Source: Eledone cirrhosa (taxonomy: Eukaryota). Taken from it: a DNA stretch of 64,000 nt. Made by a program: the position numbers and the translations under genes. The notes beneath the pieces were generated by a model. That model made no database searches and had not been told where the DNA came from. It was given only the letters and a program-made list of their open reading frames with translations. Location of the stretch: assembly GCA_964016885.1 (NCBI GenBank), contig OZ024741.1, positions 258,664,001 to 258,728,000 of the forward strand, written 5' to 3'. Below are positions 47,790 through 60,000 of this stretch, piece by piece (the stretch's first letter is position 1; each line of letters begins with the position of its first letter).

Positions 47790-50700
47790 CTCTGTCAGTG
47801 CCAGTGTTGTTGTTGTTGCTGTTTTCTCTCTCAGTGCCAATGTTGTTGTAGTTGTTGCTGTTTTCTCTGTCAGTGCCAGTGTTGTTGTAGTTGTTGCTGT
47901 TTTCTGTGTCAGTGCCAGTGTTGTTGCTGTTGTTGCTGTTTTCTGTGTCAGTGCCAGTGTTGTTGTTGCTGTTTTCTCTGTCAGTGCCAGTGTTTTTGTT
48001 GTTGCTGTTTTCTGTGTCAGTGACAGTGTTGTTCTAGTTGTTGATGTTTTCTGTGCCAGTGCTAGTGTTGTTGTAGTTGTTGCTGTTTTCTCTGTCAGTG
48101 CCAGTGTTGTTGTTGTTGTTGCTGTTTTCTCTGTCAGTGCCAGTGTTGTAGTTGTTGCTGTTTTCTCTGTCAGTGCCAGTGTTGTTGTAGTTGTTGCTGT
48201 TTTCTGTGTCAGTGCCAGTGTTGTTGTTGTTGTTGCTGTTTTCTGTGTCAGTACCGATGTTGTTGTTGTTGCTGTTTTCTCTGTCAGTGCCAGTGTTGTT
48301 GTTGTTGCTGTTTTCTCTGTCAGTGCCAGTGTTGTTGTTGTTGCTGTTTTCTGTGTCAGTGCCAGTGTTGTTGTTGTTGCTGTTTTCTGTGTCAGTGCCA
48401 GTGTTGTTGTTGTTGCTGTTTTCTGTGTCAGTGCCAGTGTTGTTGTAGTTGTTGCTGTTTTCTGTGTCAGTGCCAGTGTTGTTTTAGTTGTTGCTGTTTT
48501 CTGTGTCAGTGCCAGTGTTGTTGTAGTTATTGCTGTTTTCTCTGTCAGTGCCAGTGTTGTTGTAGTTGTTGCTGTTTTCTGTGTCAGTGCCAGTGTTGTT
48601 GTAGTTGTTGCTGTTTTCTCTGTGAGTGCCAGTGTTGTTGTAGTTGTTGCTGTTTTCTCTGTCAGTGCCAGTGTTGTTGTAGTTGTTGCTGTTTTCTGTG
48701 TCAGTGCCAGTGTTGTTGTTGCTGTTTTCTCTGTCAGTGCCAGTGTTGTTGTAGTTGTTGCTGTTTTCTGTGTCAGTGCCAGTGTTGTTGTAGTTGTTGC
48801 TGTTTTCTCTGTCAGTGCCAGTGTTGTTGTAGTTGTTGCTGTTTTCTGTGTCAGTGCCAGTGTTGTTGTTGTTGCTGTTTTCTCTGTCAGTGCCAGTGTT
48901 GTTGTAGTTGTTGCTGTTTTCTCTGTCAGTGCCAGTTTTGTTGTAGTTGTTGCTGTTTTCTGTGTCAGTGCCAGTGTTGTTGTAGTTGTTGCTGTTTTCT
49001 CTGTCAGTGCCAGTGTTGTTGTTGTTGCTGTTTTCTCTGTCAGTGTTGTTGTTGTTGCTATTTTCACTGTCAGTGCCAGTGTTGTTGTTGTTGCTGTTTT
49101 CTGTGTCAGTGCCAGTGTTGTAGTTGTTGTTGCTGTTTTCTGTGTCAGTGCCAGTGTTGTTGTTGTTACTGTTGCTGTTTTCTGTGTCAGTGCCAGTCTT
49201 GTTGTTGTTACTGTTGCTGTTTTCTGTGCCAGTGCCAGTGTTATTGTTGCTGTTTTCTGTGTCAGTGCCACTGTTGTTCTTGCTGTTGTTGCTGTTTTCT
49301 GTGTCAGTGCCAGTGTTGTTGTTGCTGTTATTGCTGTTTTCTGTGTCAGTGCCAGTGTTCTTGCTGTTGCTGTTTTCTGTGTCAGTGCCAGTGTTGTTGT
49401 TGTTACTGTTGCTGTTTTCTGTGTCAGTTCCAGTGTTGTTGTTGTTGTTGCTGTTGCTGTTTTCTGTGTCAGTGCCAGTGTTATTGTTGCTGTTGTTGCT
49501 GTTTCTCTGTCAGTGCCAGTGTTGTTGTAGTTGTTGCTGTTTTCTCTGTCAGTGCCAGTGTTGTTGTAGTTGTTGCTGTTTTCTGTGTCAGTGCCAGTGT
49601 TGTTGTAGTTGTTGCTGTTTTCTCTGTCAGTGCCAGTGTTGTTGTTGTTGCTGCTTTCTCTGTCAGTGCCAGTGTTGTAGTTGTTGCTGTTTTCTCTGTC
49701 AGTGCCAGTGTTGTTGTAGTTGTTGCTGTTTTCTGTGTCAGTGTCAGTGTTGTTGTTGTTGCTGTTTTCTGTGTCAGTGCCAGTGTTGTTGTTGTTGCTG
49801 TTTTCTCTGTCAGTGCCAGTGTTGTTGCTGTTGCTATTTTCACTGTCAGTGCCAGTGTTGTTGTTGTTGCTGTTTTCTGTGTCAGTGCCAGTGTTGTTGT
49901 TGTTGCTGTTTTCTGTGTCAGTGCCAGTGTTGTTGTTGTTACTGTTGCTGTTTTCTGTGTCATTTCCAGTGTTGCTGTTTCTGTTTTCTGTGCCAGTGCC
50001 AGTGTTATTGTTGCTGTTGTTGCTGTTTTCTGTGTCAGTGCCACGGTTGTTGTTGCTGTTGTTGCTGTTTTCTGTGTCAGTGCCAGTGTTGTTGTTGCTG
50101 TTGTTCCTGTTTTCTGTGTCAGTGCCAGTGTTGTTGTTGCTGTTGTTGCTGTTTTCCGTGCCAGTGTTGTTGTAGTCGTTGCTGTTTTCTGTGTCATTGC
50201 CAGTGTTGTTGTAGTTGTTGCTGTTTTCTGTGTCAGTGCCAGTGTTGTTGTAGTTGTTGCTGTTTTCTCTGTCAGTGCCAGTGTTGTTGTAGTTGTTGCT
50301 GTTTTCTCTGTCAGTGCCAGTTTTGTTGTAGTTGTTGCTGTTTTCTGTGTCAGTGCCAGTGTTGTTGCTGTTGCTGTTTTCTCTGTCAGTGCCAGTGTTG
50401 TTGTAGTTGTTGCTGTTTTCTCTGTCAGTGCCAGTGTTGTTGTTGTTGCTGTTTTCTCTGTCAGTGCCAGTGTTGTTGTTGTTGCTGTTTTCTCTCTCAG
50501 TGCCAATGTTGTTGTAGTTGTTGCTGTTTTCTCTGTCAGTGCCAGTGTTGTTGTAGTTGTTGCTGTTTTCTGTGTCAGTGCCAGTGTTGTTGCTGTTGTT
50601 GCTGTTTTCTGTGTCAGTGCCAGTGCTGTTGTTGCTGTTTTCTCTGTCAGTGCCAGTGTTTTTGTTGTTGCTGTTTTCTGTGTCAGTGACAGTGTTGTTC

Positions 50701-53700
50701 TAGTTGTTGATGTTTTCTGTGCCAGTGCTAGTGTTGTTGTAGTTGTTGCTGTTTTCTCTGTCAGTGCCAGTGTTGTTGTTGTTGTTGCTGTTTTCTCTGT
50801 CAGTGCCAGTGTTGTAGTTGTTGCTGTTTTCTCTGTCAGTGCCAGTGTTGTTGTAGTTGTTGCTGTTTTCTGTGTCAGTGCCAGTGTTGTTGTTGTTGCT
50901 GTTTTCTGTGTCAGTGCCAGTGTTGTTGTTTCTGCTATTTTCACTGTCAGTGCCAGTGTTGTTGCTGTTGCTGTTTTCTCTGTCAGTGCCAGTGATGTTG
51001 TAGTTGTTGCTGTTTTCTGTGTTAGTGTCAGTGTTGTTGTAGTTGTTGCTGTTTTCTGTGTCAGTGCCAGTGTTGTTGTTGTTGTTGCTGTTTTCTCTGT
51101 CAGTGCCAGTGTTGTTGTAGTTGTTGCTGCTTTCTCTGTCAGTGCCAGTGTTGTTGTAGTTGTTGCTGTTTTCTGTGTCAGTGCCAGTGTTGTTGTTGTT
51201 GCTGTTTTCTCTGTCAGTGCCAGTGTTGTTGTAGTTGTTGCTGTTTTCTCTGTCAGTGCCAGTGTTGTTGTAGTTGTTGCTGTTTTCTGTGTCAGTGCCA
51301 GTGTTGTTGCTGTTGGTGCTGTTTTCTGTGTCAGTGCCAGTGTTGTTGTTGCTGTTTTCTCTGTCAGTGCCAGTGTTTTTGTTGTTGCTGTTTTCTGTGT
51401 CAGTGACAGTGTTGTTCTAGTTGTTGATGTTTTCTGTGCCAGTGCCAGTGTTGTTGTAGTTGTTGCTGTTTTCTCTGTCAGTGCCAGTGTTGTTGTTGTT
51501 GTTGCTGTTTTCTCTGTCAGTGCCAGTGTTGTAGTTGTTGCTGTTTTCTCTGTCAGTGCCAGTGTTGTTGTTGTTACTGTTGCTGTTTTCTGTGTCAGTG
51601 CCAGTGTTGTTGTAGTTGTTGCTGCTTTCTCTGTCAGTGCCAGTGTTGTTGTAGTTGTTGCTGTTTTCTGTGTCAGTGCCAGTGTTGTTGTTGTTGCTGT
51701 TTTCTCTGTCAGTGCCAGTGTTGTTGTAGTTGTTGCTGTTTTCTGTGTCAGTGCCACTGTTGTTGTTGCTGTGTTCTGTGTCAGTGCCAGTGTTGTTGTT
51801 GCTGTTTTCTCTGTCAGTGCCAGTGTTGTTGTAGCTGTTGCTGTTTTCTGTGTCAGTGCCAGTGTTGTTGTAGTTGTTGCTGTTTACTGTGTCAGTGCCA
51901 GTGTTGTTGTAGTTGTTGCTGTTTTCTCTGTCAGTGCCAGTGTTGTTGTAGTTGTTGCTGTTTTCTCTGTCAGTCCCAGTGTTGTTGTAGTTGTTGCTGT
52001 TTTCTGTGTCAGTGCCAGTGTTGTTGTTGTTGCTGTTTTCTGTGTCAGTGCCAGTGTTGTTGTAGTTGTTGCTGTTTTCTCTGTCAGTGCCAGTGTTGTT
52101 GTAGTTGTTGCTGTTTTCTGTGTCAGTGCCAGTGTTGTTGTAGTTGTTGCTGTTTTCTCTGTCAGTGCCAGTGTTGTTGTTGTTGTTGCTGTTTTCTCTG
52201 TCAGTGCCAGTGTTGTAGTTGTTGCTGTTTTCTCTGTCAGTGCCAGTGTTGTTGTAGTTGTTGCTGTTTTCTCTGTCAGTGCCAGTGTTGTTGTTGTTGC
52301 TGTTTTCTCTCTCAGTGCCAATGTTGTTGTAGTTGTTGCTGTTTTCTCTGTCAGTGCCAGTGTTGTTGTAGTTGTTGCTGTTTTCTGTGTCAGTGCCAGT
52401 GTTGTTGCTGTTGTTGCTGTTTTCTGTGTCAGTGCCAGTGTTGTTGTTGCTGTTTTCTCTGTCAGTGCCAGTGTTTTTGTTGTTGCTGTTTTCTGTGTCA
52501 GTGACAGTGTTGTTCTAGTTGTTGATGTTTTCTGTGCCAGTGCTAGTGTTGTTGTAGTTGTTGCTGTTTTCTCTGTCAGTGCCAGTGTTGTTGTTGTTGT
52601 TGCTGTTTTCTCTGTCAGTGCCAGTGTTGTAGTTGTTGCTGTTTTCTCTGTCAGTGCCAGTGTTGTTGTAGTTGTTGCTGTTTTCTGTGTCAGTGCCAGT
52701 GTTGTTGTTGTTGTTGCTGTTTTCTGTGTCAGTACCGATGTTGTTGTTGTTGCTGTTTTCTCTGTCAGTGCCAGTGTTGTTGTTGTTGCTGTTTTCTCTG
52801 TCAGTGCCAGTGTTGTTGTTGTTGCTGTTTTCTGTGTCAGTGCCAGTGTTGTTGTTGTTGCTGTTTTCTGTGTCAGTACCGATGTTGTTGTTGTTGCTGT
52901 TTTCTCTGTCAGTGCCAGTGTTGTTGTTGTTGCTGTTTTCTCTGTCAGTGCCAGTGTTGTTGTTGTTGCTGTTTTCTGTGTCAGTGCCAGTGTTGTTGTT
53001 GTTGCTGTTTTCTGTGTCAGTGCCAGTGTTGTTGTTGTTGCTGTTTTCTGTGTCAGTGCCAGTGTTGTTGTAGTTGTTGCTGTTTTCTGTGTCAGTGCCA
53101 GTGTTGTTTTAGTTGTTGCTGTTTTCTGTGTCAGTGCCAGTGTTGTTGTAGTTATTGCTGTTTTCTCTGTCAGTGCCAGTGTTGTTGTAGTTGTTGCTGT
53201 TTTCTGTGTCAGTGCCAGTGTTGTTGTAGTTGTTGCTGTTTTCTCTGTGAGTGCCAGTGTTGTTGTAGTTGTTGCTGTTTTCTCTGTCAGTGCCAGTGTT
53301 GTTGTAGTTGTTGCTGTTTTCTGTGTCAGTGCCAGTGTTGTTGTTGCTGTTTTCTCTGTCAGTGCCAGTGTTGTTGTAGTTGTTGCTGTTTTCTGTGTCA
53401 GTGCCAGTGTTGTTGTAGTTGTTGCTGTTTTCTCTGTCAGTGCCAGTGTTGTTGTAGTTGTTGCTGTTTTCTGTGTCAGTGCCAGTGTTGTTGTTGTTGC
53501 TGTTTTCTCTGTCAGTGCCAGTGTTGTTGTAGTTGTTGCTGTTTTCTCTGTCAGTGCCAGTTTTGTTGTAGTTGTTGCTGTTTTCTGTGTCAGTGCCAGT
53601 GTTGTTGTAGTTGTTGCTGTTTTCTCTGTCAGTGCCAGTGTTGTTGTTGTTGCTGTTTTCTCTGTCAGTGTTGTTGTTGTTGCTATTTTCACTGTCAGTG

Positions 53701-56700
53701 CCAGTGTTGTTGTTGTTGCTGTTTTCTGTGTCAGTGCCAGTGTTGTAGTTGTTGTTGCTGTTTTCTGTGTCAGTGCCAGTGTTGTTGTTGTTACTGTTGC
53801 TGTTTTCTGTGTCAGTGCCAGTCTTGTTGTTGTTACTGTTGCTGTTTTCTGTGCCAGTGCCAGTGTTATTGTTGCTGTTTTCTGTGTCAGTGCCACTGTT
53901 GTTCTTGCTGTTGTTGCTGTTTTCTGTGTCAGTGCCAGTGTTGTTGTTGCTGTTATTGCTGTTTTCTGTGTCAGTGCCAGTGTTCTTGCTGTTGCTGTTT
54001 TCTGTGTCAGTGCCAGTGTTGTTGTTGTTACTGTTGCTGTTTTCTGTGTCAGTTCCAGTGTTGTTGTTGTTGTTGCTGTTGCTGTTTTCTGTGTCAGTGC
54101 CAGTGTTATTGTTGCTGTTGTTGCTGTTTCTCTGTCAGTGCCAGTGTTGTTGTAGTTGTTGCTGTTTTCTCTGTCAGTGCCAGTGTTGTTGTAGTTGTTG
54201 CTGTTTTCTGTGTCAGTGCCAGTGTTGTTGTAGTTGTTGCTGTTTTCTCTGTCAGTGCCAGTGTTGTTGTTGTTGCTGCTTTCTCTGTCAGTGCCAGTGT
54301 TGTAGTTGTTGCTGTTTTCTCTGTCAGTGCCAGTGTTGTTGTAGTTGTTGCTGTTTTCTGTGTCAGTGTCAGTGTTGTTGTTGTTGCTGTTTTCTGTGTC
54401 AGTGCCAGTGTTGTTGTTGTTGCTGTTTTCTCTGTCAGTGCCAGTGTTGTTGCTGTTGCTATTTTCACTGTCAGTGCCAGTGTTGTTGTTGTTGCTGTTT
54501 TCTGTGTCAGTGCCAGTGTTGTTGTTGTTGCTGTTTTCTGTGTCAGTGCCAGTGTTGTTGTTGTTACTGTTGCTGTTTTCTGTGTCATTTCCAGTGTTGC
54601 TGTTTCTGTTTTCTGTGCCAGTGCCAGTGTTATTGTTGCTGTTGTTGCTGTTTTCTGTGTCAGTGCCACGGTTGTTGTTGCTGTTGTTGCTGTTTTCTGT
54701 GTCAGTGCCAGTGTTGTTGTTGCTGTTGTTCCTGTTTTCTGTGTCAGTGCCAGTGTTGTTGTTGCTGTTGTTGCTGTTTTCCGTGCCAGTGTTGTTGTAG
54801 TCGTTGCTGTTTTCTGTGTCATTGCCAGTGTTGTTGTAGTTGTTGCTGTTTTCTGTGTCAGTGCCAGTGTTGTTGTAGTTGTTGCTGTTTTCTCTGTCAG
54901 TGCCAGTGTTGTTGTAGTTGTTGCTGTTTTCTCTGTCAGTGCCAGTTTTGTTGTAGTTGTTGCTGTTTTCTGTGTCAGTGCCAGTGTTGTTGCTGTTGCT
55001 GTTTTCTCTGTCAGTGCCAGTGTTGTTGTAGTTGTTGCTGTTTTCTCTGTCAGTGCCAGTGTTGTTGTTGTTGCTGTTTTCTCTGTCAGTGCCAGTGTTG
55101 TTGTTGTTGCTGTTTTCTCTCTCAGTGCCAATGTTGTTGTAGTTGTTGCTGTTTTCTCTGTCAGTGCCAGTGTTGTTGTAGTTGTTGCTGTTTTCTGTGT
55201 CAGTGCCAGTGTTGTTGCTGTTGTTGCTGTTTTCTGTGTCAGTGCCAGTGCTGTTGTTGCTGTTTTCTCTGTCAGTGCCAGTGTTTTTGTTGTTGCTGTT
55301 TTCTGTGTCAGTGACAGTGTTGTTCTAGTTGTTGATGTTTTCTGTGCCAGTGCTAGTGTTGTTGTAGTTGTTGCTGTTTTCTCTGTCAGTGCCAGTGTTG
55401 TTGTTGTTGTTGCTGTTTTCTCTGTCAGTGCCAGTGTTGTAGTTGTTGCTGTTTTCTCTGTCAGTGCCAGTGTTGTTGTAGTTGTTGCTGTTTTCTGTGT
55501 CAGTGCCAGTGTTGTTGTTGTTGCTGTTTTCTGTGTCAGTGCCAGTGTTGTTGTTTCTGCTATTTTCACTGTCAGTGCCAGTGTTGTTGCTGTTGCTGTT
55601 TTCTCTGTCAGTGCCAGTGATGTTGTAGTTGTTGCTGTTTTCTGTGTTAGTGTCAGTGTTGTTGTAGTTGTTGCTGTTTTCTGTGTCAGTGCCAGTGTTG
55701 TTGTTGTTGTTGCTGTTTTCTCTGTCAGTGCCAGTGTTGTTGTAGTTGTTGCTGCTTTCTCTGTCAGTGCCAGTGTTGTTGTAGTTGTTGCTGTTTTCTG
55801 TGTCAGTGCCAGTGTTGTTGTTGTTGCTGTTTTCTCTGTCAGTGCCAGTGTTGTTGTAGTTGTTGCTGTTTTCTCTGTCAGTGCCAGTGTTGTTGTAGTT
55901 GTTGCTGTTTTCTGTGTCAGTGCCAGTGTTGTTGCTGTTGGTGCTGTTTTCTGTGTCAGTGCCAGTGTTGTTGTTGCTGTTTTCTCTGTCAGTGCCAGTG
56001 TTTTTGTTGTTGCTGTTTTCTGTGTCAGTGACAGTGTTGTTCTAGTTGTTGATGTTTTCTGTGCCAGTGCCAGTGTTGTTGTAGTTGTTGCTGTTTTCTC
56101 TGTCAGTGCCAGTGTTGTTGTTGTTGTTGCTGTTTTCTCTGTCAGTGCCAGTGTTGTAGTTGTTGCTGTTTTCTCTGTCAGTGCCAGTGTTGTTGTTGTT
56201 ACTGTTGCTGTTTTCTGTGTCAGTGCCAGTGTTGTTGTTGTTGCTATTTTCACTGTCAGTGCCAGTGTTGTTGCTGTTGCTGTTTTCTCTGTCAGTGCCA
56301 GTGATGTTGTAGTTGTTGCTGTTTTCTGTGTTAGTGCCAGTGTTGTTGTAGTTGTTGCTGTTTTCTGTGTCAGTGCCAGTGTTGTTGTTGTTGTTGCTGT
56401 TTTCTCTGTCAGTGCCAGTGTTGTTGTAGTTGTTGCTGCTTTCTCTGTCAGTGCCAGTGTTGTTGTAGTTGTTGCTGTTTTCTGTGTCAGTGCCAGTGTT
56501 GTTGTTGTTGCTGTTTTCTCTGTCAGTGCCAGTGTTGTTGTAGTTGTTGCTGTTTTCTGTGTCAGTGCCACTGTTGTTGTTGCTGTGTTCTGTGTCAGTG
56601 CCAGTGTTGTTGTTGCTGTTTTCTCTGTCAGTGCCAGTGTTGTTGTAGCTGTTGCTGTTTTCTGTGTCAGTGCCAGTGTTGTTGTAGTTGTTGCTGTTTA

Positions 56701-57085
56701 CTGTGTCAGTGCCAGTGTTGTTGTAGTTGTTGCTGTTTTCTCTGTCAGTGCCAGTGTTGTTGTAGTTGTTGCTGTTTTCTCTGTCAGTCCCAGTGTTGTT
56801 GTAGTTGTTGCTGTTTTCTGTGTCAGTGCCAGTGTTGTTGTTGTTGCTGTTTTCTGTGTCAGTGCCAGTGTTGTTGTAGTTGTTGCTGTTTTCTCTGTCA
56901 GTGCCAGTGTTGTTGTAGTTGTTGCTGTTTTCTGTGTCAGTGCCAGTGTTGTTGTAGTTGTTGCTGTTTTCTCTGTCAGTGCCAGTGTTGTTGTTGTTGT
57001 TGCTGTTTTCTCTGTCAGTGCCAGTGTTGTAGTTGTTGCTGTTTTCTCTGTCAGTGCCAGTGTTGTTGTAGTTGTTGCTGTTTTC
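47790..57085. repeat. Tandem higher-order duplication, period 4.48-4.81 kb (2 copies)
   Basis: ORF offsets 48191/52672 (4481), 49124/53749 and 49720/54345 (4625), 51771/56585 (4814). Private variants in both copies: CATTTCCAG (~49961/~54586), CAGTGCTGTT (~50621/~55246), GTTTCTGCTATT (~50928/~55553), GCTGTGTTCTG (~51768/~56582). Confidence 0.93.
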
Positions 57086-60000
57086 TGTGTCAGTGCCAGT
57101 GTTGTTGTTGTTGCTGTTTTCTGTGTCAGTGCCAGTGTTGTTGTTGTTGCTATTTTCACTGTCAGTGCCAGTGTTGTTGCTGTTGCTGTTTTCTCTGTCA
57201 GTGCCAGTGATGTTGTAGTTGTTAATGTTTTCTGTGTTAGTGCCAGTGTTGTTGTAGTTGTTGCTGTTTTCTGTGTCAGTGCCAGTGTTGTTGTTGTTGC
57301 TGTTTTCTCTGTCAGTGCCAGTGTTGTTGTAGTTGTTGCTGTTTTCTGTGTCAGTGCCACTGTTGTTGTTGCTGTTTTCTGTGTCAGTGCCAGTGTTGTT
57401 GTTGTTGCTGTTTTCTCTGTCAGTGCCAGTGTTGTTGTTGCTGTTTTCTCTGTCAGTGCCAGTGTTGTTGTTGTTGCTGTTTTCTGTGTCAGTGCCATTG
57501 TTATTGCTGTTGTTGCTGTTTTCTGTGTCAGTGCCAGTGTTGTTGTTGCTGTTGTTGCTGTTTTCTGTGTCAGTGCCAGTGTTGTTGCTGTTGCTGTTTT
57601 CTCTGTCAGTGCCAGTGTTGTTGTAGTTGTTGCTGTTTTTTCTGTCAGTGCCAGTGTTGTAGTTGTTGCTGTTTTCTGTGTCAGTGCCAGTGTTGTTGTT
57701 GTTGCTGTTTTCTCTGTCAGTGCCAGTGTTGTTGTAGTTGTTGCTGTTTTCTGTGTCAGTGTCAGTGTTGTTGTTGTTGCTGTTTTCTGTGTCAGTGCCA
57801 GTGTTGTTGTTGTTGCTGTTTTCTCTGTCAGTGCCAGTGTTGTTGCTGTTGCTATTTTCACTGTCAGTGCCAGTGTTGTTGTTGTTGCTGTTTTCTGTGT
57901 CAGTGCCAGTGTTGTTGTTGTTGCTGTTTTCTGTGTCAGTGCCAGTGTTGTTGTTGTTACTGTTGCTGTTTTCTGTGTCAGTTCCAGTGTTGCTGTTTCT
58001 GTTTTCTGTGCCAGTGCCAGTGTTATTGTTGCTGTTGTTGCTGTTTTCTGTGTCAGTGCCACGGTTGTTGTTGCTGTTGTTGCTGTTTTCTGTGTCAGTG
58101 CCAGTGTTGTTGTTGCTGTTGTTCCTGTTTTCTGTGTCAGTGCCAGTGTTGTTGTTGCTGTTGTTGCTGTTTTCCGTGCCAGTGTTGTTGTAGTCGTTGC
58201 TGTTTTCTGTGTCATTGCCAGTGTTGTTGTAGTTGTTGCTGTTTTCTGTGTCAGTGCCAGTGTTGTTGTAGTTGTTGCTGTTTTCTCTGTCAGTGCCAGT
58301 GTTGTTGTAGTTGTTGCTGTTTTCTCTGTCAGTGCCAGTTTTGTTGTAGTTGTTGCTGTTTTCTGTGTCAGTGCCAGTGTTGTTGCTGTTGCTGTTTTCT
58401 CTGTCAGTGCCAGTGTTGTTGTAGTTGTTGCTGTTTTCTCTGTCAGTGCCAGTGTTGTTGTTGTTGCTGTTTTCTCTGTCAGTGCCAGTGTTGTTGTTGT
58501 TGCTGTTTTCTCTCTCAGTGCCAATGTTGTTGTAGTTGTTGCTGTTTTCTCTGTCAGTGCCAGTGTTGTTGTAGTTGTTGCTGTTTTCTGTGTCAGTGCC
58601 AGTGTTGTTGCTGTTGTTGCTGTTTTCTGTGTCAGTGCCAGTGTTGTTGTTGCTGTTTTCTCTGTCAGTACCAGTGTTTTTGTTGTTGCTGTTTTCTGTG
58701 TCAGTGACAGTGTTGTTCTAGTTGTTGATGTTTTCTGTGCCAGTGCTAGTGTTGTTGTAGTTGTTGCTGTTTTCTCTGTCAGTGCCAGTGTTGTTGTTGT
58801 TGTTGCTGTTTTCTCTGTCAGTGCCAGTGTTGTAGTTGTTGCTGTTTTCTCTGTCAGTGCCAGTGTTGTTGTAGTTGTTGCTGTTTTCTGTGTCAGTGCC
58901 AGTGTTGTTGTTGTTGCTGTTTTCTGTGTCAGTGCCAGTGTTGTTGTTGTTGCTATTTTCACTGTCAGTGCCAGTGTTGTTGCTGTTGCTGTTTTCTCTG
59001 TCAGTGCCAGTGATGTTGTAGTTGTTGCTGTTTTCTGTGTTAGTGTCAGTGTTGTTGTAGTTGTTGCTGTTTTCTGTGTCAGTGCCAGTGTTGTTGTTGT
59101 TGTTGCTGTTTTCTCTGTCAGTGCCAGTGTTGTTGTAGTTGTTGCTGCTTTCTCTGTCAGTGCCAGTGTTGTTGTAGTTGTTGCTGTTTTCTGTGTCAGT
59201 GCCAGTGTTGTTGTTGTTGCTGTTTTCTCTGTCAGTGCCAGTGTTGTTGTAGTTGTTGCTGTTTTCTCTGTCAGTGCCAGTGTTGTTGTAGTTGTTGCTG
59301 TTTTCTGTGTCAGTGCCAGTGTTGTTGCTGTTGGTGCTGTTTTCTGTGTCAGTGCCAGTGTTGTTGTTGCTGTTTTCTCTGTCAGTGCCAGTGTTTTTGT
59401 TGTTGCTGTTTTCTGTGTCAGTGACAGTGTTGTTCTAGTTGTTGATGTTTTCTGTGCCAGTGCCAGTGTTGTTGTAGTTGTTGGTGTTTTCTCTTCAGTG
59501 CCAGTGTTGTTGTTGTTGTTGCTGTTTTCTCTGTCAGTGCCAGTGTTGTAGTTGTTGCTGTTTTCTCTGTCAGTGCCAGTGTTGTTGTAGTTGTTGCTGT
59601 TTTCTGTGTCAGTGCCAGTGTTGTTGTTGTTGCTATTTTCACTGTCAGTGCCAGTTTTGTTGCTGTTGCTGTTTTCTCTGTCAGTGCCAGTGATGTTGTA
59701 GTTGTTGCTGTTTTCTGTGTTAGTGCCAGTGTTGTTGTAGTTGTTGCTGTTTTCTGTGTCAGTGCCAGTGTTGTTGTTGTTGTTGCTGTTTTCTCTGTCA
59801 GTGCCAGTGTTGTTGTAGTTGTTGCTGCTTTCTCTGTCAGTGCCAGTGTTGTTGTAGTTGTTGCTGTTTTCTGTGTCAGTGCCAGTGTTGTTGTTGTTGC
59901 TGTTTTCTCTGTCAGTGCCAGTGTTGTTGTAGTTGTTGCTGTTTTCTGTGTCAGTGCCACTGTTGTTGTTGCTGTTTTCTGTGTCAGTGCCAGTGTTGTT

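Noticed and set aside
1698-59693. Cys-rich ORFs (CCCFLCQCQ)n resembling metallothionein or keratin-associated proteins
   Set aside because: They are the TGT-phase reading of the GTT repeat. They switch into poly-Val or poly-Leu at frameshift monomers, use non-ATG starts and have no unique domain.
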